A program made the position numbers and the translations under genes. Of a DNA stretch of 64,000 nucleotides, positions 53,879 through 64,000 are shown one piece after another; the first letter of the stretch is position 1, and each line of letters begins with the position of its first letter. The notes beneath the pieces were generated by a model. The model saw nothing but the letters and a program-made list of their open reading frames with translations, did not search any database and was not told the origin of the DNA. The stretch comes from Eledone cirrhosa (taxonomy: Eukaryota): positions 18,104,001 through 18,168,000 of the forward strand of contig OZ024759.1 of NCBI GenBank assembly GCA_964016885.1, read 5' to 3'.

Positions 53879-54186
53879 AGATTTGAACTCAGAACGTAAC
53901 TCTATGCTGCAAAGCATGGTGTCTGATTCTCCACCAACACTGCCAATCCACTGTAGAATGTTAAGTAATAATAAATAAACAGGAACACAGTATCAATTTA
54001 ACATCATATAGACATTTGTAATTCATTTTAACATTTGCTGCAACTTCTGTCTCCTAAATTTCACTCACAAGACATTAGTTAATTGAAAGCTATTGTAGAA
54101 GACACTTCTTCACATTGCAATGCTGTGGGAATGAGCTGAAAACCACAGGGTTACAAAACAAACTTCTTAACCACTCCATATCATCA

Positions 54187-56040
54187 CTAAATTGCTTCAA
54201 GGCTGTGCTTCAGCATGGCCATGTTCTAATGACTGAAACCATTAACTATTTAGCATTTAAACCGGCTATATCCGGCCAGAACTCTTTCACCTATTTCTGT
54301 TCAAACCGGCCGTAATTGACCACCCATACTGATGTTATGGTATTGTTCTTAAAATAAATAATAACATAATTGACTAAATTGCTTCAAGGCTGTGCTTCAG
54401 CATGGCCATGTTCTAATGACTGAAACCATTAACTATTTAGCATTTAAACCGGCTATATCCGGCCAGAACTCTTTCACCTATTTCTGTTCAAACCGGCCGT
54501 AATTGACCACCCATACTGATGTTATGGTATTGTTCTTAAAATAAATAATAACATAATTGACTAAATTGCTTCAAGGCTGTGCTTCAGCATGGCCATGTTC
54601 TAATGACTGAAACCATTAACTATTTAGCATTTAAACCGGCTATATCCGGCCAGAACTCTTTCACCTATTTCTGTTCAAACCGGCCGTAATTGACCACCCA
54701 TACTGATGTTATGGTATTGTTCTTAAAATAAATAATAACATAATTGACTAAATTGCTTCAAGGCTGTGCTTCAGCATGGCCATGTTCTAATGACTGAAAC
54801 TATTAACTATTTAGCATTTAAACCGGTTATATCTGGCCAGAACGCTTTCACCTATTTCTGTTCAAACCGGCCGTAATTGACCACCCATACTGATGTTATG
54901 GTATTGTTCTTAAAATAAATAATAACATAATTGACTAAATTGCTTCAAGGCTGTGCTTCAGCATGGCCATGTTCTAATGACTGAAACTATTAACTATTTA
55001 GCATTTAAACCGGTTATATCTGGCCAGAACGCTTTCACCTATTTCTGTTCAAACCGGCCGTAATTGACCACCCATACTGATGTTATGGTATTGTTCTTAA
55101 AATAAATAATAACATAATTGACTAAATTGCTTCAAGGCTGTGCTTCAGCATGGCCATGTTCTAATGACTGAAACTATTAACTATTTAGCATTTAAACCGG
55201 TTATATCTGGCCAGAACGCTTTCACCTATTTCTGTTCAAACCGGCCGTAATTGACCACCCATACTGATGTTATGGTATTGTTCTTAAAATAAATAATAAC
55301 ATAATTGACTAAATTGCTTCAAGGCTGTGCTTCAGCATGGCCATGTTCTAATGACTGAAACTATTAACTATTTAGCATTTAAACCGGTTATATCTGGCCA
55401 GAACGCTTTCACCTATTTCTGTTCAAACCGGCCGTAATTGACCACCCATACTGATGTTATGGTATTGTTCTTAAAATAAATCATAACATAATTGACTAAA
55501 TTGCTTCAAGGCTGTGCTTCAGCATGGCCATGTTCTAATGACTGAAACCATTAACTATTTAGCATTTAAACCGGCTATATCCGGCCAGAACTCTTTCACC
55601 TATTTCTGTTCAAACTGGCCGTAATTGACCACCCATACTGATGTTATGGTATTGTTCTTAAAATAAATAATAACATAATTGACTAAATTGCTTCAAGGCT
55701 GTGCTTCAGCATGGCCATGTTCTAATGACTGAAACTATTAACTATTTAGCATTTAAACCGGTTATATCTGGCCAGAACTCTTTCACCTATTTCTGTTCAA
55801 ACCGGCCGTAATTGACCACCCATACTGATGTTATGGTATTGTTCTTAAAATAAATCATAACATAATTGACTAAATTGCTTCAAGGCTGTGCTTCAGCATG
55901 GCCATGTTCTAATGACTAAAACCATTAACTATTTAGCATTTAAACCGACTATATCTGGCCAGAACTCTTTCACCTATTTCTGTTCAAACTGACCACTCAT
56001 ACTGATGTTAAGGTATTGTTCTCAAAATAAATAATAACAA
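54187..56040 (+). repeat. 187-bp tandem array, about 10 near-identical copies
   Basis: CTAAATTGCTTCAAGG recurs at 54187, 54374, 54561, 54748 and onward to 55870. Confidence 0.92.
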
Positions 56041-56994
56041 AATCTCAGATTCAATATTATGCGAGATATTATGTGAAGTAAAGCCTTTACCACAAAAATA
56101 CAATAGTATATATAGAGTAATGTAAATGCTAAAGGATTAAAAGAAATTTAAAAGAATTATGAATAGCTTTAACTATGCATAAAATTATTTGTGTAATAGA
56201 AAATACTTGTCCATATTTCCATGCTGAGGGAGTGAGCTGAAAACCACAGGGTTGTTAAAAAACCTTCTTAACCACTTGACAACATAATTGACTAAATCGC
56301 TTCAAGGTTATGCTCCAGCATGGCTGAAACCATTGAAAGAAATTTAAAAAAAAAAAAAAAAAGCATGAAAATAATAGCTCTAACTAAGCGTAAATTATGT
56401 TTGCGTCTATTAAACAGAAATGAATCGATATTTAACTATTTTAATGCAGAAAAAAAAACTTTCTCTTCGAGTATTTTATAACAGTATTGAAATAAAAGAA
56501 TTTCTAAATCCAATTTATTCTCTGGCATCAACTTCACAATCTTTAGATTTTTACAATCTCATTCACTATTGTATTCTGATTTGTGTTTCATCTGATGACA
56601 GACCAAGTTTGGTCGACGTCTAACCAATTTTTTTTTTATTTTATTTCAATTCTCCGTTTTCATTCTTCTTTTTTTTCCTCTTCTTCTTCCTGTTCTTTCC
56701 TTCTATATTACTTTTATTCTTTCTTTCTTCTTCGTCGTCGTCGTCGTCGTCTTCATCATGGCCATCATCATGACCAGCATCAACAGCATCAACACCCCCA
56801 CCATCATCATCACCATCATCATCAACACCACCATCATGATCATCATCACCCCACCATCATCATCACCATCATCACCATCACCATCAACACCACCATCATA
56901 ATTATCTTCATTATCACCATTACAATCATCACCTTCATCATCATCACAGTTTAAAATCCATTTTTCCACACTAGCATGACTTAGAAGAATTGTT

Positions 56995-58622
56995 TTGTTG
57001 TGAGAGAAGCTAGACCAGATGACAGTGTCTTGCTCATACAAGACTGATTCCAGATCTTTGTTGTGAGAGAAGCTAGACCAGATGACAGTGTCTTGCTCAT
57101 ACAAGACTGATTCCAGATCTTTGTTGTGAGAGAAGCTAGACCAGATGACAGTGTCTTGCTCATACAAGACTGATTCCAGATCTTTGTTGTGAGAGAAGCT
57201 AGACCAGATGACAGTGTCTTGCTCATACAAGACTGATTCCAGATCTTTGTTGTGAGAGAAGCTAGACCAGATGACAGTGTCTTGCTCATGCAAGACTGAT
57301 TCCCGATCTTTGTTGTGAGAGAAGCTAGACCAGATGACAGTGTCTTGCTCATGCAAGACTGATTCCAGATCTTTGTTGTGAGAGAAGCTAGATCAGATGA
57401 CAGTGTCTTGCTCATACAAGACTGATTCCAGATCTTTGTTGTGAGAGAAGCTAGACCAGATGACAGTGTCTTGCTCATACAAGACTGATTCCCGATCTTT
57501 GTTGTGAGAGAAGCTAAACCAGATTACAGTGTCTTGCTCATACAAGACTGATTCCAGATCTTTGTTGTGAGAGAAGCTAGACCAGATGACAGTGTCTTGC
57601 TCATACAAGTCTGATTCCAGATCTTTGTTGTGAGAGAAGCTAGACCAGATGACAGTGTCTTGCTCATACAAGACTGATTCCAGATCTTTGTTGTGAGAGA
57701 TGACAGTGTCTTGCTCATACAAGACTGATTCCAGATCTTTGTTGTGAGAGAAGCTAGACCAGATGACAGTGTCTTGCTCATACAAGACTGATTCCAGATC
57801 TTTGTTGTGAGAGAAGCTAGACCAGATGACAGTGTCTTGCTCATACAAGACTGATTCCAGATCTTTGTTGTGAGAGAAGCTAGACAAGATGACAGTGTCT
57901 TGCTCATACAAGACTGATTCCAGATCTTTGTTGTGAGAGAAGCTAGACCAGATGACAGTGTCTTGCTCATACAAGACTGATTCCAGATCTTTGTTGTGAG
58001 AGAAGCTAGACCAGATGACAGTGTCTTGCTCATACAAGACTGATTCCAGACCTTTGTTGTGAGAGAAGCTAGACCAGATGACAGTGTCTTGCTCATACAA
58101 GACTGATTCCCGATCTTTGTTGTGAGAGAAGCTAGACCAGATGACAGTGTCTTGCTCATACAAGACTGATTCCAGATCTTTGTTGTGAGAGAAGCTAAAC
58201 CAGATGACAGTGTCTTGCTCATACAAGACTGATTACAGATCTTTGTTGTGAGAGAAGCTAGACCAGATGACAGTGTCTTGCTCATACAAGACTGATTACA
58301 GATCTTTGTTGTGAGAGAAGCTAGACCAGATGACAGTGTCTTGCTCACACAAGACTGATTCCAGATCTTTGTTGTGAGAGAAGCTAGACCAGATGACAGT
58401 GTCTTGCTCATACAAGACTGATTCCAGATCTTTGTTGTGAGAGAAGCTAGATCAGATGACAGTGTCTTGCTCATACAAGACTGATTCCAGATCTTTGTTG
58501 TGAGAGAAGCTAGACCAGATGACAGTGTCTTGCTCATACAAGACTGATTCCAGATCTTTGTTGTGAGAGAAGCTAGACCAGATGACAGTGTCTTGCTCAT
58601 ACAAGACTGATTCCAGATCTTT
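56995..58622. repeat. 63-bp tandem array, about 26 near-identical copies
   Basis: Unit TTGTTGTGAGAGAAGCTAGACCAGATGACAGTGTCTTGCTCATACAAGACTGATTCCAGATCT; one unit has a short deletion near 57700. Confidence 0.95.
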
Positions 58623-58993
58623 AAATTCTGAATTCAAATCTGGCTGAGTTTAACTTCTTTTCTTTTCAACCTTTTATGATCAATAGACGGTGGTGGGTTG
58701 GCAGTATCGGTAAAGCATCAGACTGCATGCTTCGCAGCATAGAGTTATGACCTTTTATGTTCTGAATTCAAATCTCATTGAGGTTAACTTTACCTTTTAT
58801 CCATACGGGGGTCGATAAAGTAAAACACCAGTAATACATTGGGGTCAATTTAATCGACTTTCCCCTCCCCTTCAAATTGCTGGCTTTGGGCCTAAAGTTG
58901 AAACTTTTAGGATCAATAAACAAAGATTGCAGATTTGTAAAGCACCAGATGGAATATTTTGGGATATTTGTTCCAGCTCCTTGTCTTCTGAGT

Positions 58994-59672
58994 TTAACAC
59001 TTTAGCATTTAAACCATCCATATCCAACCAGAATGTTCTCACCTCTTTCTGTTCAAACCGACTGTAACCAGCCACTCATACTGATGTTAAGGTATTGTTC
59101 TCAAAATAAATAATATCAAAATATCATAGATTAGATATTATGTGAGATAATTATGTAAGGTAAAGCCTTTACTGCAAAAATATAGTAGTAAATATAGAGT
59201 TATGTAAATGCTAAAATGTTAACCCTTTACCATTTAAACTAGTCATATCCAGCAACAATTCTCTCACCTCTTTCTGTTCAAACTGGCTGTAACTGGTTGC
59301 TCATATCTACATTAAGGTATTTTTCTCAAAGTAAATAATATCAAAATCTTGTAGATTCAATATAATGTGATATAACTATGTGAGATAAAGCCTTTACTGC
59401 AAAAATACAGTAGTAAATATAGAGTTATGTAAATGCTAATGGGTTAACATTTTAGCATTTAGACCAACCATATCCCGCAAGAATTCTCTCACCTCTTTCA
59501 GTTCAAACTAGCTGTAACTGGCTGCTTGTACCTATATTAAGGTATTGTTCGCAAAATAAATAATATCAAAATCTCGTAGATTTGATATTATGTGAGATAA
59601 TTATATAAGATAAAGCATTTACTGTGAAAATACAGTAGTAAATATAAAGTAATCTAAATGCTAAAGAGTTAA
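58994..59672 (+). mobile_element. Head-to-tail trimer of the piggyBac-like MITE
   Basis: TTAA at 58994, 59219, 59444 and 59669 (225-bp period); each unit has TIRs. Confidence 0.85.
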
Positions 59673-60205
59673 GCTAGGCGGTCTCAAACATGTGGCTTGC
59701 AGCAGAACAATTTTCTTTACTAATAATTTTTTAATACTTGGCAATTTGTCCCTCACCCCTTCCATTCCTTTGTATGATATTTGTTTCTAGATTTTGAATA
59801 TAAAATAGGTTTTTAAATTTTTATTGAAGATATCTGCTATAAAACTTTGTTTTAATTTATTTCCCCCTTTTAATAATATTTATGGTACAAATTTATTGCA
59901 ATCTACCCATAAAATTGAAAAAAATCTAAATTTATCAAAAGTGAAAATTAAAAAAATAAAAGGAAATTGACCAAAAGTAAAAACAGAATTTTAAAAAATT
60001 TGGAACAGAAAATTTGACATTGTTATATTTGGGGAGGGTCATGTTGTTATAATATTACCAGAAATATATAATAAAACACACTCACTCTTTGATTTTGGTT
60101 GGTTTTTGCTTCAATATATTTTGTATTTCTATAATTAATTCAGCTGTCAATCAATGTTTATCATTAATTGACCAACAGTTAAAAATACAGATATAAATAT
60201 AGTCT

Positions 60206-60247
60206 ATCAGAGTTCTTTCATCACACACCTGTGACATCATCAGTGAT
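60206..60247 (-). ncRNA. Hammerhead-like motif in PLE-like family B (about 60015-60275)
   Basis: ATCA-CTGATGA-t-GTCACA/ggtg/TGTGAT-GAAAG-aa-CTC-TGAT. Stem I is ATCA/TGAT and the triplet is CUC. Confidence 0.65.
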
Positions 60248-61165
60248 GTTATTATGTTTCCTCCCATTGTATTGCTGTAATGTTTTCTTATTTGGCATTT
60301 TGTACTAATTCTCATATCTCACTTACTATCATATGTGTATTGGTTTTGATGGTGCAACAATACTGGCCTATCAGCTGTATTGTAGATTAGCATTATAATT
60401 GGTGGGAATCATGCTCCTCTTTCTCATCTCACTTTCTGGTCCACTGTGCCTCTTCCCCAGGACATAATGGCCCTGTTGAAACTCCTGGTTTAAACCTACA
60501 TGGTTTCTAGTCTTCCTCCAGTTTAACAGCAATACCTTGTCTTTGGATACCTTTAGAATATCCTCACATCCACCCGCCCTTTTTTGTCAGCATTTGAACC
60601 AGTTCTCTGTATTAAGAATGCCTTCCTTCTTCCCTTTAAAATGTTTTGGGGGCACAAAAAATGGTGATGGGGGACTTCTCTTCCATCCTGATTAAGCAAT
60701 ACAAAAAAAAGAAAAAAACTAGACCCTATCCTTCTTAATGTTGACAAATGTCTCCAGATCTTGTGGAAATATTAGCACTTTTAGTGTCTCTTGTGGAGTC
60801 CACACTGTTGTAAGCATTTGATCCAGGTTTCAGTTTTTTGCTGGACAGCTGACCTCCTCCATAAAATCAGAACGACAGCAGCCTGACTGAGGAAGGAGTC
60901 CACGAGTTAGGGTGGCTGTTGCAGCAGGTGTCTGTTGCCATTACCCATGGATAAGCCTTTGCCATTTTGACCACAGGGCACAGCCAAGACACAGCTCTGA
61001 CCTAGGTGTAGAGTCTGTCACCCTCTCACCTCTGTTGCTTAAGTAGTCCTTGCTCTTTCCCACCTTTTCCTCTCATTTATAGCTTTTACAAAAGTTTTTC
61101 TGAATTACCATTGGAACTATATACACAACTAAAATTGTACACTTAGTAAAGCACATGAAGAAATT

Positions 61166-61341
61166 AATTGTTTCTACTTTAGGCACAAGGCCAGCAATTA
61201 CCCAGTGCATTACTGGTACTTTATTTTATCGACCCCGTAAGGATGAAAGGCAAAGTCAACCTCGGCGGGATTTGAACTCAGATCGTAAAGGGACGTAACT
61301 ATGCTGGAAAGCATGGCGTCCGACCCTCTACCGATACTGCC
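61166..61341 (-). mobile_element. tRNA-derived SINE family 1 (young copy)
   Basis: Boxes A and B present, CpGs retained, flanked by the direct repeat CATGAAGAAATTAAT. Confidence 0.85.
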
Positions 61342-62789
61342 ATGAAGAAATTAATGAAACTATTACGGTTGTTGAATGCCAAATATTGAAACGAGGCAAA
61401 TATTATATTCTAGTGCAGAAGCCAGTGAACCAGATTATATTTAATGGCTTAAATTTGATGGATGGTAATGTATCCACGATAGAGCAGCAACAGATCTTGA
61501 CGAGTTTTGTCAATAATATGAAATCTAAGGCTGCTTACATTTTGTGACAACTTGCAATGATGAATGTAAAAAGTTGATTAACCAGGGGAAATATTTAGTT
61601 ATAAACATTAATTCAAAATATCTAAAAATGTTTCCCTTTGTAGATATATCATCATCATCATCATCATCACCATTATCATCATCATCATTGTCATCATCAT
61701 CATTATCATCATCATCATCATCATCATTGTTAACATCATCATCATCATCATCATCATTGTCATCATCATGTAATGTCCATTTTCCATCCTTGCATGGGTG
61801 AGTCGGGTTGTCATGTTATAAGAGAAGTCAAATCAGGTGGACACATCTTGCTCATATGGAACTGTCTCTGGCTTGGATGCCCTTCTTAACATTAACCACT
61901 TGATAGTGTGGCACCAAAGCAACCATCTGACAGGATGGTAAGGCCACTTTTCCATCGTGGAACCAGCATGACCACCACCACCGGCGGCGGTGGTGGTGGT
62001 GGTGGTGTTAAAATGCAGTATTTCGTTTATGCATGCTTTGTTAAATGGATGGCTAGGAATGTTCTGCACTGACCAATTTATTAATTTTGGGCTGTTTTTT
62101 TCTTTTATTTAGTAGCTCACCAAACTCATCATCACAAGCACAAATACTGTTTTCTTTCACGCACTAACATTATTCATTATAACCATTTATAACTGCAAAA
62201 CTTCTGTCTAATAAGGAATCAAAATTTCACAGCAAACAACCTATAGAAATGACAAAATTAAATTAATTAGCACTAAGAAGACATGAACAATATCTAAGGA
62301 AGACAGTTAAACATGTTTGTATAAAACAATAAATACCCAAACCATTTTCAATTAATAAGGAAAATTGATTTTGAAAATTGAAGTCTCTATTTTAATAAAT
62401 ATCTATGCTACATAAAATGAAATGGGTGTGTAAATAAAATCAGCCATCCTTTACATTACATAGAACATTATCATGTCCACTATATTACAGCAGTAGTAGT
62501 AGCAGCAGCAGCAGTAGTAGTAGTAGCTGTAGCAGTCTCTCATTTATTGCCAGCCAATCATATCATATTATAATAGGTACTACTTGTGAATCTGCCCTAA
62601 AACTTGTCCTGAAGTATGTCTTCCCACTGTAGTAATACCAGTATTGGTGATGAAATGGCTGGAGTCATCAGAAGATCAACTAGACTGCATTGCTGCAGCT
62701 TTTGTTCCAACTCTTTGAGCTCTTTGAATTCAAATCCCACTGAGGTCAACTTTAAATTTAAAAAAGTCTGTCCCAAGCTCGGAGATTTG

Positions 62790-63030
62790 TCAGGCTGGTG
62801 CTTCTCCTGATTTCCATGTTATGAAGCGACTGAGAGTACAAGAGTTCTCCCTGTACAATATGTCAATCTATCGCAGGGTTAAACCCTACCTACTACTGTT
62901 GGTGGTACTCATTTACAGCTGAGTGTACTGTAGCTAAATTAAGTATTTTGCTCAAGAACACAACAAACAGCCCAGCCTAGGAATCAAACCCATGACATTA
63001 TGATCATAAGTCCAACACTTTTACCACTAG
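62790..63030 (-). mobile_element. Old tRNA-derived SINE with a Deu/Nin-like central domain
   Basis: ATGAAGCGACT...ATCGCAGGGTTA...CATTTACAGCTG...TTGCTCAAGAACACAAC resembles deeply conserved metazoan SINE domains from memory. A related plus-strand piece is at about 45445-45555. Confidence 0.5.
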
Positions 63031-63427
63031 GTTAACTTTGTCTTTCATCATTTTGAGGACAATTATATCAAGTAGTAGCCCAGTTGCTTCTTTCTTTCTC
63101 TATATCGCATTCTCATTTCCTGTGTTGGTCAGTCATACTACATGGTGATGTTAACAAAGTATATTGTAGAAGAGTTAATTAATATACTAGTTTCAGCCAT
63201 TGGACTTTGGCCATGCTGTAGCACTATCTGTTATTATTTTCACTGACTATATTGCTATAATTAAGATGGTGAATTGGCAGTCATTAGAACATCGGGTGGA
63301 ATGTTGCAGTATTCATTCCAGCTCTGTGTTTAAATCCATGGAGGTCAAATTTGCCTTTCATCTTTTCAGGGTTGGTAAAAAATTTACCAGTCCAGTTTAG
63401 TTCTGAGGTCAATTCTTTCTCTATAAG

Positions 63428-63795
63428 GGCAGGTGATTGGCATTATCGGTAGAGTGTCAGACGCCATGCTTTGCAGCATAGAGTTACGGCCCTTTACGGT
63501 CTTCAGTTCAAATCCTGGTGAAGTCAAATTTGCCTTTCATCTTTTCAAGGTTGATAAAAAATTTACCAGTCAAGTCTAGTTCTGGGGTCAATTCTTTCTT
63601 TATAAGGGCAGTGGATTGGCATTATCGGTAGAGGGTCGGGTGCCATGCTTTGCAGCATAGAGTTGCGGCTCTTTATGGACTGAGTTCAAACCCCGCCGAG
63701 GTTAACTTTGCATTTCGTCCTTACGAGGTTGATAAAATAAAGCACCAGTAATGTACTGGGGTAATTGCTGGCCTTGTGCCAAGAGTAGAAACAAT
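63428..63795 (+). mobile_element. Two tandem copies of SINE family 1
   Basis: Heads at about 63428 and 63606, with boxes A and B. Confidence 0.8.
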
Positions 63796-64000
63796 TCTTT
63801 CTCTATAACTCTTTCTCGTGCCCTCCTTCTTTGACACCACTGAAGGGTCCGCCCAAACCTGTTTGGCACGCTTTCTATGGTTGGACGCTTTCCTTATCAC
63901 CAGCCACTTTACAGCATATTGGGTGTGTTTATCACATAAATCACCAACACTTGAGTCTGGTCACAGCATGGGGTGACTGATGTGTCATCTAAATTCTTTT

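Noticed and set aside
56592-56620. CTGATGA-ca-GACCA/agtt/TGGTC-GACGTC as an active hammerhead
   Set aside because: GAAA is reduced to GA and stem I is not evident, so it is counted only as a decayed relic.
56703-58637. 21-aa repeat ORFs, or a CRISPR-like array
   Set aside because: This is a 63-bp tandem repeat open in two frames with sporadic stops. There are no unique spacers and no cas genes, and the context is eukaryotic.
60380-61075. GC-richer stretch as a gene or LINE fragment
   Set aside because: No sustained ORF or motif that I can identify; it is probably a decayed TE but is left uncalled.

Overview
Eukaryotic, AT-rich, repeat-saturated DNA. The SINE, LINE and microsatellite families resemble those I associate with octopod cephalopods, but that is an inference. 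No intact host protein-coding gene can be supported: nearly all long ORFs are read-throughs of (TA)n, (CA)n, (CAA)n or minisatellites. The window holds decayed Tc1/mariner transposases, several MITE families (mariner-, pogo- and piggyBac-like), a complete non-autonomous Helitron, RTE-type and RLE-type LINE fragments, about 20 tRNA-derived SINE copies, young TE-derived tandem arrays (167, 187 and 63 bp units) and a 200-N scaffold gap. The most notable signal is a set of short, sequence-unrelated elements at (TA)n tracts with a shared architecture: inverted copy, direct copy, then an asymmetric tail. Several carry minimal type I hammerhead ribozyme cores (CTGAnGA-stem II-GAAA), and five unrelated families share a covarying tail stem-loop (RCTC...GAGY). 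This fits Penelope-like retroelement (PLE) or retrozyme-like elements. The best example is a 2-kb non-coding element (36340-38389) with identical 133-bp inverted termini, each containing a hammerhead.
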